From Planctomycetota bacterium (GTDB taxonomy: Bacteria; Planctomycetota; SZUA-567; H5-PLA8), in contig BTVV01000006.1 of NCBI GenBank assembly GCA_045863855.1, forward strand, positions 32,001-96,000: DNA of 64,000 nt, read 5' to 3'. A model generated the notes under the pieces. That model searched no databases. It was not told the origin of the DNA and saw only the letters and a list, made by a program, of their open reading frames with translations. The position numbers were made by a program, and so were the translations under genes. Below are positions 37,809 to 47,608 of the stretch, piece by piece. The first letter of the stretch is position 1. Every line of letters starts with the position of its first letter.

Positions 37809-39788
37809 TCAGTTCCCGCCCGCGGATGCGGCCTGCACGGTATTTTCTCCGATCACAGCGCGGGGGATTTCGAGGAACTCTTTGAACCCGCGCGTGATCG
37901 CCGCCATGTTTTCGGCCACGACCTTGTCGCCGCGCTTGCCCCAGTATTTGCGCACGACCTTCTCGATGCCGGCGAAGACCTGCTCGTCGGTCAGGGCCAA
38001 GCGCTTCTGGAAAGGCGTGATCTTCATAAACGTGCCGACCAGCACCACGCCTTGCATGCGCATCAGCAGATCGGGGATCGAGCAAACTTCGCGCGCGACC
38101 TTGACCATGTCCATGTAGTACACGCGCACACGCTTCTCGCGGATGATCTCTTTCGCGTACGCCGGGATGCCCGCCCAGACCAATTCAGGCGTCTCCTTGT
38201 CCGACTGCATGAAGACCGCGCCATGGTCGGCGATACCCATCAGCGGATTTCCGCTGACGAAGGCGTTGATGTCGTTGACAACCACCAGCTCGATGTTTTC
38301 CAGTTCGCAGTGCGTGCGGACGTGGTCTTTGGCAATGGTGAGGTAATAGGTGGTCGGGAGCCCCTTCTTTTCGCTGCCGTATTTCGGATAAGCCTGCACG
38401 TCCATGCCGAAGGTCTCTCCGGCGATGGTCGCGATGACCTTGTTCGTCGTCACAGAGCCGAAACCGCCGACCGAATGCCCGCGCATCGAGAATGCGCCTT
38501 CCGGCCGGACGTCCGGATCGTCGCTGATATCCAGCGCCAGCGGATGCTTGATGCCCAGCACGTAGTAGTGCTTCGGCTTCGGAGCCATCATGTTCTGCAC
38601 GGCGGCCCAGAAGTGGCCGGGGCGGCAGTCGCGGCTGCCCAAACCCGCCGAGACGCTGAAGATCGGCGGAATGCGCTCGACCTTCGGCATGTGGTTCAAT
38701 CCCGCGACCGCGTCGCAAAAGGCGGCCTTGAGGTCGCGCGTGAGCGGGTTGCTGGGCGCAAGCGGATCGTCCATGCGCTCCAGCACCGTGACGCCCTTCA
38801 TGTTTTTGAGCGCCGCGAGGAGCTGCTTGTCGGGGAAGGGGCGGTAGCTGGTGACGTGCACCACGCCAACCTTGACCTTCTTCTCTTCGCGGATCCAGTC
38901 CACCGTGGCCATGGCCGTTTCGGCCAGACCGCCCATCGCGACGAGCGCGTATTCGGCGTCGTCCATCTTGTAGCACTCGATGAAGTCGTAGCGCCGGCCG
39001 GTAAGGCGGTAGAACTCTTCGAACGCTTCGCTCAGGGCATTGGGCACGCGCGCGTAGAAGTAGCGCTGCGCGATCTTGCCCTTCATGTAGCTGTCCTGGT
39101 TCTGCACCACGCCGGACATCACGGGGCTGTCGGGGTCCATCAGGTTGCGCAGCTTCTTGTTCGGATCGCCGACGTACTCCTTCATGAAGTCCTTCTCGGG
39201 CAGGCGCACGTTTTCGACGGTGTGCGTCGTGAGAAAGCCGTCCTGCACGTTCAAGAAGGGCGTCTCGCTGGCCTCGGCGGCACGGCGGGTGATCAGCGCG
39301 AGGTCGCCGGATTCCTGGGCGTTCTTGGCGAAGACGATGCCCCAGCCCGTGTCGGCGACGCCCATCACGTCGTCGTGGCCGGCATGCACGTTCAAGCCCT
39401 GGCTGGTCAGCGCGCGGGCGCCGATGTGGAAGACGATCGGCAGGCGCTTGCCGCTGATCGTGTACAGCACTTCCTTCATCAGGATCAGGCCTTGGCCCGA
39501 GGTGAAGTTCGTCACCCGGCCGCCGGCTACCGCGAAGCCTTCGCAGGACGAGGCGCTGGAGTGTTCGCTTTCCGGTTCGATGAAGGCGAGCGTTTCGCCC
39601 CACAGATTCTTGAGCCCGTTCGCCACGGCTAACTGAAAGCCGCCGCCCATCGTCGTCGAACTGGTGATCGGATACGCGCATGCGCCTTGGCAGACGTGCG
39701 TCTCGACCCATACGACCGTCGCCGCACCGTCGCCCGTCGTCGGAATACCCGGATACGGGAATTCGGACTTGTTGGGTTCGTTCGACAT
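37809..39788 (-). CDS. Pyruvate:ferredoxin oxidoreductase N-terminal part (alpha plus gamma-like domains)
   Basis: YPITSS, ESEH, FTSGQGL, DGFLTTH, GLGSRD, SVGGFGSVT, YGSEKKG.PT. Confidence 0.92.
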   Translation of the reverse strand: MSNEPNKSEFPYPGIPTTGDGAATVVWVETHVCQGACAYPITSSTTMGGGFQLAVANGLKNLWGETLAFIEPESEHSSASSCEGFAVAGGRVTNFTSGQGLILMKEVLYTISGKRLPIVFHIGARALTSQGLNVHAGHDDVMGVADTGWGIVFAKNAQESGDLALITRRAAEASETPFLNVQDGFLTTHTVENVRLPEKDFMKEYVGDPNKKLRNLMDPDSPVMSGVVQNQDSYMKGKIAQRYFYARVPNALSEAFEEFYRLTGRRYDFIECYKMDDAEYALVAMGGLAETAMATVDWIREEKKVKVGVVHVTSYRPFPDKQLLAALKNMKGVTVLERMDDPLAPSNPLTRDLKAAFCDAVAGLNHMPKVERIPPIFSVSAGLGSRDCRPGHFWAAVQNMMAPKPKHYYVLGIKHPLALDISDDPDVRPEGAFSMRGHSVGGFGSVTTNKVIATIAGETFGMDVQAYPKYGSEKKGLPTTYYLTIAKDHVRTHCELENIELVVVNDINAFVSGNPLMGIADHGAVFMQSDKETPELVWAGIPAYAKEIIREKRVRVYYMDMVKVAREVCSIPDLLMRMQGVVLVGTFMKITPFQKRLALTDEQVFAGIEKVVRKYWGKRGDKVVAENMAAITRGFKEFLEIPRAVIGENTVQAASAGGN

Positions 39789-39963
39789 GCTGATTCCCCT
39801 TAAGTGTCTCGATGGCGTTCCAGTGGCGCGCGTGGCTCACACGCCGCTACTATCCTGACTTAGGTCACTTTAGGTCTGGAGGCTTGTGCGCCGACCTAAC
39901 TCTATGCCTGTTTAAAGGGTACCTTGTTTAGAAGGGGCGTACACTATATGGTTTGAATTGCTG

Positions 39964-39982
39964 CCATATTTTTTGCTTATGG
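39964..39982. promoter_or_regulatory. LysR-type T-N11-A dyad between lysR and the divergent oxidoreductase operon
   Basis: CCAT-attttttgctt-ATGG (T39967, A39979) in an AT-rich intergenic region. Confidence 0.55.
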
Positions 39983-39994
39983 GAGATTAACTCC

Positions 39995-40867
39995 ATGGAC
40001 CTCAACCAGTTACGCTACTTCATCGAAGTGGCCAAAATCCGAAATTTCACCCGAGCCGCAAAGAATTGCCACGTGGCCCAACCGGCGCTCAGCCAGCAAA
40101 TCCGTAAGCTGGAAGCTCAACTGAACTTAAAGCTTCTCAAACGGTTGCCTCGCGGTGCGGAATTGACGCGCGAAGGCGAGGTCTTTCTGCCTTACGCCGA
40201 ACAGGTGCTCAGTGCGCTGAACGAGGCGCAAGGCGTTGCCGAAGAACTCCGCGGAGCCAGCCGCGGCGTCGTGCGCATCGTCACGCTGCCCAGCGCGTGC
40301 GTTTACGTGCTTCCGCCTAAAATCGCCGCGTTCAAACGCGACCACCCGCGCGTGGACATCGTACTCGAAGAGACGGTGAGCGCGAATATCCCCAACCTGG
40401 TTTTGAGCGGCGGCTTCGATCTGGGCGTCACCCAAGCGCTCGCACCGATTCCGCGCATGCGCCGCGCGCTGATTCAGCGCGAGGATCTCCTGCTAGCCGT
40501 AGGCGAGAACCACCCGCTCGCCGCGCGCCAGGAACTGAAACTCGCCGAGGCTTCCGGCGAGACGTTCGTCGTGACCAAAAAGGACACCGAGTTCCGGCAC
40601 TTGGCCGAAGACTTGTGCCGCCGCGCAGGATTTGAAATGGGCACCGCGTTCGAGGCCGACCACTTCGATTCGATCCAGGCGTACTGCGCCGTGGGCATCG
40701 GCGTGGGGTTGATTCCGCGTTCGGTGATCCTGACGACGCTGGAGCCCGCGCCGCACTACTTGCGCATTACGCATCCGAAGGCGCAGCGGCATCTGTGGCT
40801 GGTCTGGCCGGAAGCGGGTCTGCAGAACAAGGCCGCCCAAGCGATCATGCCGTATTTGACGCAATAG
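39995..40867 (+). CDS. LysR-family transcriptional regulator
   Basis: MDLNQLRYF..NFTRAA..HVAQPALSQQIRKLE..LT.EG; GGAG RBS. Confidence 0.95.
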   Translation: MDLNQLRYFIEVAKIRNFTRAAKNCHVAQPALSQQIRKLEAQLNLKLLKRLPRGAELTREGEVFLPYAEQVLSALNEAQGVAEELRGASRGVVRIVTLPSACVYVLPPKIAAFKRDHPRVDIVLEETVSANIPNLVLSGGFDLGVTQALAPIPRMRRALIQREDLLLAVGENHPLAARQELKLAEASGETFVVTKKDTEFRHLAEDLCRRAGFEMGTAFEADHFDSIQAYCAVGIGVGLIPRSVILTTLEPAPHYLRITHPKAQRHLWLVWPEAGLQNKAAQAIMPYLTQ

Positions 40868-40879
40868 GGTAGGCCGCGC

Positions 40880-42913
40880 TTACTTAAAAAGCTGCACGCC
40901 TTCGGTGGTGGTGACCACCAGCCGTCCGGGCAGGATGGCGATGCCGCCGCGGACAATCTCGCCTTGCTGCACAAGGCTGAACGCGTCTTCGGCAAGCGTC
41001 TCGCCGGCGCGATCCAGGGCCGGATCGAACTTGAAGCGCGTCACCCCGGCGTGGGCTCCGGCGTAAAGATAACCGCGTCCGTCGAGCGCCATAGCCGTCA
41101 CGGCGCTGGTTCCGCGCAGCGAGGCGGCGGCGCCCTTGGGCAGGCTGAGCCGGTTACCGAGCGCAAGCACGCCATTCCCCAGCGGCCACGTGGAAACCGA
41201 ACCGCCGCCGGAGGCTTCCAGCTTGCCGTCCGGCCCCCAGCTCGCGAGGCCCCCGTCGGGCGCACTCAGCCACACGCCGCCGTCCGTCCGTGCCACCGGC
41301 GGCCAGAACAGGCCCTGCGCGGCGCTCCAGCGCGTTTCGCGCACGAGCTTCCCGTCGGGGCTCAGCCGCACCACACGGCCGGCGCGGCTCGCGACTACGA
41401 TCTGCCCATCGTACAGCACGCACGCCGGCGCTTGCAGATCGGTCACGCCTTCGGCGGCGTACGACCAGCGTTCGCGCCCGTCGCGCTCGTCGAGCGCCGC
41501 GACGCGCTGGAAAGTGCTCGCCAGCAACGTGCCGTCCGGCGCGCAGGCCAAGGCATAGACCGAGCTGCCTACGTCGGCGCTCCAGGCCACGCGTTCGGTC
41601 TCGGGATCCCAGGCGATCACGTTGGATCCGGTCATCTTCGAGACGCCCACGACGACCAACCCGCGGGGCGTGACCACCGGGGGATGATGCTGCCCGTGCC
41701 CGTGGATCGCCTCGCCGCAGGGTTCCCAAGCCGGCCGCGCCGCGTTCAGGTCCAGCCGGAAGAGGCGGCTGCGTTCGGAATCCGCGCGCCGCAGGATGAA
41801 GATGCGCCCGCGCGCGTCGGCCACCGCCGGCGCATACTGCCCCGCTTCGGTGCTCTCGGATTTGGGGTACGCGTAGAACGCATCGGCGGCCAGCGCGAGC
41901 GGTCCGGAAAGGGGACTGACGCCGTCGTGCCCCGGCGAACCGCCCACTTGCGACCATGGCGCGGCCAGCGCCGAAGCCGTGGACTGTTCGCTTGGCGCAA
42001 CGTCCGTCCAGCGCGCGCCTACGGCGCGCGGATCCACCGGTTTGACGTCGAAGCCCGGATCGATCTCCTGCCCGCCGCGTGCTTCGGCGCTGCGCGCATC
42101 CGTATGGCGCCGCACGTGTCCTTCCACGACGCGCACGAACGGACCGTTCTCGGCCAACGCCACTTCAAAGCGGGTGCCCAGCGCTTCCACGGTGCTGCCG
42201 TCTTCCAGAGCCACGGTGAAGCGCTCGCGGCCGGGGGCGACCTGGATCAGTACGCGGCCCTGCAGCAGCTTCACGTTGCGCGAGGCGAGGCCTTCGAGCA
42301 CACCGTGCGGGCTCAGCCATAAGCGCGAGCCGTCGTCCAGGGCCACCCAAGCCTGAGTTTCACCGGCTTGCAGGCGCTGCCCCACGGCCCAGCTGCCGCG
42401 CTCCGTCTTGACATCCGCGCCGGAGACTTGCGCCGCCTTTGCGTCGTAACGGCCCAAAGGCGCCGCGGGCGCTTGAGCCACCGGCGTTGGGGGCGTTCTC
42501 CCACCGAGTACGAACGAGAGGCTAATGGCGAATAGCAACATCGCCGCCGCCGCCGCGCACCAACCCAGCCAGCGCACGCGCTGGGCTCGAGCCTCGGCGC
42601 GAATGCGGGCTTGGCGCGTCTGAGTGTCGGCGGCTTTGAGGCGTTTGGCGGCGGCTGTGGCCGTCGCGGTGCTGGGCGCGGGGCGCGCGGCCACGCGTTC
42701 GCGGACCTTCAACGTCATCGCTTCGTCGTGCCAGTTGCTCTCGACGACCCGGCTGATGCGCTGCGTTGCGGCGCGGAGCGCCTCGTAGTCGGCCTGCCAC
42801 GCCGGATCGGATGCGAGGCGCTGCTCCACCGCCGCGCGCTGCTCGCCTTCCAGCTCGCCGTCGACATACATCGAAAGCAGCAGGTCGCGTTCGTCCTCCC
42901 GCAGTACCATCAT
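40880..42913 (-). CDS. Anti-sigma factor: N-terminal anti-sigma helix, TM, FecR-like domain, PQQ-like beta-propeller
   Basis: LLSMYVDGEL..VEQRL; one TM; LDDGSRLWL..L.QG..VEALGTRFEV..VRVVEGHV; WSQVGG..HDG, DGRERW. Confidence 0.8.
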   Translation of the reverse strand: MMVLREDERDLLLSMYVDGELEGEQRAAVEQRLASDPAWQADYEALRAATQRISRVVESNWHDEAMTLKVRERVAARPAPSTATATAAAKRLKAADTQTRQARIRAEARAQRVRWLGWCAAAAAMLLFAISLSFVLGGRTPPTPVAQAPAAPLGRYDAKAAQVSGADVKTERGSWAVGQRLQAGETQAWVALDDGSRLWLSPHGVLEGLASRNVKLLQGRVLIQVAPGRERFTVALEDGSTVEALGTRFEVALAENGPFVRVVEGHVRRHTDARSAEARGGQEIDPGFDVKPVDPRAVGARWTDVAPSEQSTASALAAPWSQVGGSPGHDGVSPLSGPLALAADAFYAYPKSESTEAGQYAPAVADARGRIFILRRADSERSRLFRLDLNAARPAWEPCGEAIHGHGQHHPPVVTPRGLVVVGVSKMTGSNVIAWDPETERVAWSADVGSSVYALACAPDGTLLASTFQRVAALDERDGRERWSYAAEGVTDLQAPACVLYDGQIVVASRAGRVVRLSPDGKLVRETRWSAAQGLFWPPVARTDGGVWLSAPDGGLASWGPDGKLEASGGGSVSTWPLGNGVLALGNRLSLPKGAAASLRGTSAVTAMALDGRGYLYAGAHAGVTRFKFDPALDRAGETLAEDAFSLVQQGEIVRGGIAILPGRLVVTTTEGVQLFK

Positions 42914-43575
42914 GGCGCTTCAGACTCCTCGATCGCGCCGGCCTGCGGCACTTGGTGCTTGGTCAATTTTCGTTCGAGCATCTTGCGCACGCGGGAAAGC
43001 TTTTCGCCCACCGCCGAGACCGTCATGCCCAACCGGTCGGCGATCTCTTTGTAGGAAAGCCCCTCGATGTGTTTCAGCTCGATGATCTCGCGGTAATCGT
43101 CGCGCAGGTCGCGCAGCGCTTCGAGCACCTGGACGTCGTCCTCGCGGTCTTCCAACTTCTCGATCTGCAGTCCGCGGGTCTGGCGCTGCGCCTCGAAGCC
43201 CTGTTCTTTCATGGACTCCAGGCTCATCGTCTCTTTTTTGCCGCGCAGATGGTCCAGCGCCGTGCGCTGAACAATGGTCATCAGCCACGCGCCAAAGCGG
43301 TCAGGATTGTCGATCTGAGGGATCGAATCATAGGCTTTCACGAAGGCTTCCTGCGTGATGTCCTCGGCGGCTTGGAAGTCGCGCACGATGGCCACCGCGC
43401 GGTTGCGCGCGGCGTTTTGGTAGCGTTCGACCAGTTCGTTGAAGGCATCGAGGTCGCCTTCCAGGCACTTCACGACCAACTCGCCGTCGTTGGAACGCAA
43501 ATACGGCCCCACTCGCAGCCTGCGAGTAGTGGCGCGCACCTTGTAAACTTTGCGATCGAACGGCCGGTCGTCCAT
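42910..43575 (-). CDS. ECF RNA polymerase sigma factor
   Basis: GDLDAFNELVERY..AEDITQEAF..FGAWL..N/R; YREIIELKHIEGLSYKEIA..G; start uncertain; ATGA overlap with the anti-sigma gene. Confidence 0.9.
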   Translation of the reverse strand: MDDRPFDRKVYKVRATTRRLRVGPYLRSNDGELVVKCLEGDLDAFNELVERYQNAARNRAVAIVRDFQAAEDITQEAFVKAYDSIPQIDNPDRFGAWLMTIVQRTALDHLRGKKETMSLESMKEQGFEAQRQTRGLQIEKLEDREDDVQVLEALRDLRDDYREIIELKHIEGLSYKEIADRLGMTVSAVGEKLSRVRKMLERKLTKHQVPQAGAIEESEAP

Positions 43576-43915
43576 AAGCGGCACCACCGGTTGTACGGCG
43601 CGAGGCGCAGGCCCCCCGCGGCGCGGGCGTGGCCGAGAATCCCTACTGTACGGACGAGGTCCAGCCGATGCCAGTGACCGACGGACTAGCGGTAATCGTA
43701 CCCCGCCGTCCAACGGCTCCATCCCAGTACGGCTGGGACGTTCTCGGTTTGCGCTGGGGGTGCGCTCGGACAAGAGGCCACTCTCCTTCCATTTAGATGA
43801 TGGACGAGGCGGTCGCCGAGCGTCTTAGCGAGGATCGGGGAACCGCTGGCTCTGGCTATCCTTTAAGGGTATGCTCCTGTTCAACCGGCCGTTAGGACCT
43901 TGTGAGGATGCTTGA

Positions 43916-44341
43916 GTGAAGCGGGGCTTCGTGGTTTTGGCACTTGTCGGCCTGATGGCTTTGGCTGCGTGTTCGGCTAAGTTGCCTAATATGGACGAGG
44001 TGCTCGATCATCCGTTGATCGACCGTCGCATCGAAGAGACGCCGCGGATGCGCGCCGTGCGCGAGTGCAAAGCCGAAGTCGATCGATTTCGGGTCGATTG
44101 CCGCTTCTGCCACCAGAAGGATTCGGAAGCCGATATCGTCGCCCCCGACAAACTGCTGCTCACCGATTCCGGCCGCCGTGCTCGGATCATGCGTCACAGC
44201 CCGACCTTTGGGCTTCACAACCAGTGCAGCAAGTGCCACCTGAGCAAGTTTAATCTGAACCAGTACGCGCAGGAACTCTTTGGGCCGCAGAGCGAGCGCT
44301 TCAAGGAAATGCAGGAAGAGCTGAACGCGCCGGTTAAGTAG
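43916..44341 (+). CDS. Small diheme c-type cytochrome lipoprotein
   Basis: Lipobox LAAC; two CxxCH motifs CRFCH and CSKCH. Confidence 0.75.
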   Translation: MKRGFVVLALVGLMALAACSAKLPNMDEVLDHPLIDRRIEETPRMRAVRECKAEVDRFRVDCRFCHQKDSEADIVAPDKLLLTDSGRRARIMRHSPTFGLHNQCSKCHLSKFNLNQYAQELFGPQSERFKEMQEELNAPVK

Positions 44342-45230
44342 TTTCGTCCGGCGAACCGCGCGCGGCCAGACGCGCGTGCATGCATTTGATCGCCTCGTCC
44401 ACGGCCGTATCCATTTCAGGTTCCTGCAGACTGTCGAAGCGCCGGAAGGGCAGATTCTGCTGCTGGATGTAGGCGTTATAGGCGGCGCGCATGACGGCTT
44501 GCAGGTTCACCGCATCGGCCAGATTATAGCGCGCCAAGCCTTCCAGCGCGTCCATCCGGCCGCGCGTTTTGTAAAGCGCCCACATTTTGACCGCGTCGTA
44601 ACCGGTGAAGCGCCGGATCGGTTCGGGCCGCAACAGTCCGATGGCTTCTTCGATCTTCTTCAGTCCGCCGGTGAGGCCCACCACGCGCGTGAGCGGGCGC
44701 AGGTCCAGGTGCGCGCCCGGGAAGAACCCTTTTCCGAAGCGGCCTTCGAGGTACGGCAGGTCGAAACTCTTGCCATTAAAAGTGCACAGCACCTTGTAGC
44801 GGCAGAGATACTCGGGCAGTTCGAGCATGTCCTCGCCGCGCAGAAAGACGCGCGCTTCGCGGCCGTCCCAGGTGCCCACGACGGTGGTTCCGCCGGGGGC
44901 GTCTTCGTCGAGCGGGATCTCGTCGGCGCGCGAGCCGTCCGTCTCGATATCGAGGTAGACCGTCCGGCCGTCGTCGAAATCGGCCGCGAGCCGCCAGGCA
45001 TGGCTGGGTCCGAGCAGTTCCTCGAACCAGCGCGCGTCACCCAGGCGCAGGCGTTCGCGGGATTCGCCGAGCAGCGTTTCGAAGGTGTCGGGCGGCGCTT
45101 CTTCGAAGAGGTCGCGCTGCCCCAGCCAATCGTCCCAACACGAGACGCCACCATCCCAGAGCGTGCGCTCGCGCTGCGGTCCGATGCTCGGCAGATGTAA
45201 GAAGGTTCGCGTCAGCACGGTCTCGTCCAA
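44334..45230 (-). CDS. YprB-like RNase H-fold (DEDD) exonuclease
   Basis: TFLHLPSIG..E..LW; YLDIET, TFNGKSFDLPY, HLDL, LKKIE, YNLAD; start 45230 or 45218. Confidence 0.85.
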   Translation of the reverse strand: MDETVLTRTFLHLPSIGPQRERTLWDGGVSCWDDWLGQRDLFEEAPPDTFETLLGESRERLRLGDARWFEELLGPSHAWRLAADFDDGRTVYLDIETDGSRADEIPLDEDAPGGTTVVGTWDGREARVFLRGEDMLELPEYLCRYKVLCTFNGKSFDLPYLEGRFGKGFFPGAHLDLRPLTRVVGLTGGLKKIEEAIGLLRPEPIRRFTGYDAVKMWALYKTRGRMDALEGLARYNLADAVNLQAVMRAAYNAYIQQQNLPFRRFDSLQEPEMDTAVDEAIKCMHARLAARGSPDETT

Positions 45231-45249
45231 CGGTTCGGGGTCGCGGCCA

Positions 45250-45912
45250 TCAGGCGCGGATGCCCACGCACTTTTTCCACAACAGGCCGACGTCGTCGGT
45301 GAAGCCGGCATGCAAAATCGCCGCGCCGGTTACGGAAAAAACGGTGCGGTCTTCGGCGGCGAATACGTCCGCTTGCGCCAGTCCCGGCCAAGCGGCGCAG
45401 AAAGCATTCACTGCGGCCGTCGCGTCGTCGGTATGATCGGTGGGGGCGGGCTTGTTCGTAACGAACGCTTCCCAAAGCAGCAGGCCCTTCGCCGCTTCGT
45501 GAAACTCCTGCGGATCGAGGTAGATCTCCGGCGCGCGCCAGTTCTTCAGAAGCATCAGCTCTTTGATGCGCTGCAACGTCCAGGCGATCTCGGAGAGCCC
45601 CGCCGCCAGCGATGCCGCGCCCGCGCCGGCAGACCAAGGCCGGTTGCCTTCGCCTTTGCGCGCCTTCGTGAGCATGAAATGATCGGTATCGACGGGTACG
45701 AAAGTGGGGCACTCGAAACCCAGCGCGACCTTGGACCCTTTGCCCAGTTCGGCGACGACGGCTTCGGCCAGTTCCGCCGGGTAGTGGCCCCGTGGGGGCG
45801 TTTCATCGACGACGCCGGCGCGCCGGCCGGCCCAGCCGAAGCGGTTGCGCGATTCCTTCGGATCGATGCGCCCGATGTCGGCGCAGAAGACGGAGATCTC
45901 GATGGCGCTCAT
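45250..45912 (-). CDS. Hypothetical protein, possible RNase H-fold nuclease (DUF429-like)
   Basis: ATGA overlap with the gltX stop; CADIG, VALGFECP, LLWEAF, HTDDA acidic motifs. Confidence 0.55.
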   Translation of the reverse strand: MSAIEISVFCADIGRIDPKESRNRFGWAGRRAGVVDETPPRGHYPAELAEAVVAELGKGSKVALGFECPTFVPVDTDHFMLTKARKGEGNRPWSAGAGAASLAAGLSEIAWTLQRIKELMLLKNWRAPEIYLDPQEFHEAAKGLLLWEAFVTNKPAPTDHTDDATAAVNAFCAAWPGLAQADVFAAEDRTVFSVTGAAILHAGFTDDVGLLWKKCVGIRA

Positions 45913-47423
45913 GGAGTCGGCGCACTCTTGCGGGCCAGCAGCGCGTCGATGCGCTTGAGCGCTTCGGGTTTGCCCACCAGCGCCAGCGTGTCGTGAATCG
46001 GCGGCGAGACGGCTGTGCCGGAGAGCGCCACGCGCAGCGGTTGCGCTACGTTCGCGAACTTCGCGCCTTTCTGCTCGGCGTACGCGTTCAACGCCTGCTC
46101 CAGCGCCGCGCCGGACCAGTCGGCATGCTTGTCGAGCAGTTCGCGGACTGCTTCGAGGTGCGCCCAGCCGTCGCCTTTGTCGAGCCACTTCTTGACGGCC
46201 TTGTCATCGTACCCGGCCGGGGCTTCGAAGAAGAGGCGCAGGTTCTCGGCCAGCGCGTAAAGCGTGCGGCTGCGCTCCTGCTCCAAGGCCAGGATCTTGC
46301 TCAGCCAGACCGGATCCGTGCCGGACAGATCGTAATGGCGCTTCAGGAAAGGCTCCGTGCGCGCGAGCAGGTCGTTCGGCGCCAGCTTTTTGATGTACTC
46401 CCCGTTCATCCATTCGAGTTTCGTGCCGGGGAGCGCGGCGTGCAGCCAGTCGAGCCGCTCGTTGTAGTCGCTCCCTTCGGGCAGATCGGCCTGCCGCTTG
46501 AGCGTGAACTGCGCGGGCGAGAGCTTGATGCGGTCGAGGCTGAACGCGGCGATCATTTCCTCCAGAGTCATGACCTCCCGGTCGTCGCCGGGGCTCCAGC
46601 CCAGGAGCGCCAGGAAATTAAAAAGCGCCTCGGGGAGGATGCCGCACTTTTGGTATATGGTCACTGCCACGGGATCGCGGCGCTTGCTGATCTTCTGGCC
46701 CTTGTCGTTGTGGATCATCGGCAGGTGCGCGAAGACCGGGAGCGGCGCGTTGAGCGCCTCGAAGAGGCGGATCTGCTTCGGCGTATTGGCGAGATGGTCT
46801 TCGCCGCGGATGATGTGGCTGATCTTCATGTCGATGTCGTCGACGACGGTGGCGAAGTTGTACGTGGGGGTCCCGTCCGCTCGCAGTATCACGTAATCCT
46901 CGAGCAACTCGGCGGGGCGGCGGTACTCTTTCCAGACCGCGTCGTGCAGGACGACTTCCTGCGGTTCGCCGGGGTGTATCTTGAAGTACAGCGCCGGCTC
47001 GGGATCGGATGCGGCCTGCGCGCGGTCCTCGTCCCATTTGCCGGCCTTCTTGAGCTTCTCGATTTTCCACTCGGGCAAATCCTTCGCGGCGTCCTTTTTC
47101 ATCCAGTACGCGCGGCCGCTTGCCTCAAGCTGTTTGGCGACTTCCTTGTAGCGCTCGAAGCGCTGCGACTGGAAGTAGGGTCCGTACGCGCCGCCGACTT
47201 CCGGACCTTCGTCCCACGAGAGGCCGGCCCACTTCATGCCGTCCAGAATGACCTGCACCGCTTCGTCCTGGTGGCGTTTGATGTCCGTATCGTCGATGCG
47301 CAGCACGAAAACGCCGCCTTGCTGGCGCGCAAAGAGCCAATTAAAGATCGCCGTACGCACCCCGCCGACATGCAGATAGCCGGTGGGACTGGGCGCGAAA
47401 CGGACGCGAACGGGGGCAGCCAT
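45909..47423 (-). CDS. gltX: Glutamate--tRNA ligase
   Basis: RFAPSPTGYLHVGG, LRIDDTD, PYFQSQR, IIRGEDH, KISKR, LRVALSG..SP. Confidence 0.95.
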   Translation of the reverse strand: MAAPVRVRFAPSPTGYLHVGGVRTAIFNWLFARQQGGVFVLRIDDTDIKRHQDEAVQVILDGMKWAGLSWDEGPEVGGAYGPYFQSQRFERYKEVAKQLEASGRAYWMKKDAAKDLPEWKIEKLKKAGKWDEDRAQAASDPEPALYFKIHPGEPQEVVLHDAVWKEYRRPAELLEDYVILRADGTPTYNFATVVDDIDMKISHIIRGEDHLANTPKQIRLFEALNAPLPVFAHLPMIHNDKGQKISKRRDPVAVTIYQKCGILPEALFNFLALLGWSPGDDREVMTLEEMIAAFSLDRIKLSPAQFTLKRQADLPEGSDYNERLDWLHAALPGTKLEWMNGEYIKKLAPNDLLARTEPFLKRHYDLSGTDPVWLSKILALEQERSRTLYALAENLRLFFEAPAGYDDKAVKKWLDKGDGWAHLEAVRELLDKHADWSGAALEQALNAYAEQKGAKFANVAQPLRVALSGTAVSPPIHDTLALVGKPEALKRIDALLARKSAPTP

Positions 47424-47608
47424 GAAAGCTCCTTACTTGAAGCAAGACACCATGCTCCATTCTGACTCAGAGAGGCTCGGATTTCCAGCCACGGGCCCAT
47501 TCGGATTACGTGCAATGGCCGCGACCTGTCGTGGCACAGAAAACCTCGTGTCGTCTTCGCTGAACAGGGAGGTCTTGCGTTTCGCTCCGCCGGAGTAACG
47601 CGGGCGAT

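Noticed and set aside
43576..43773. N-terminal extensions given by the ORF track (also 55341-55688, 57965-58195, 27889-28467)
   Set aside because: No domain similarity; RBS position and family starts favour downstream start codons
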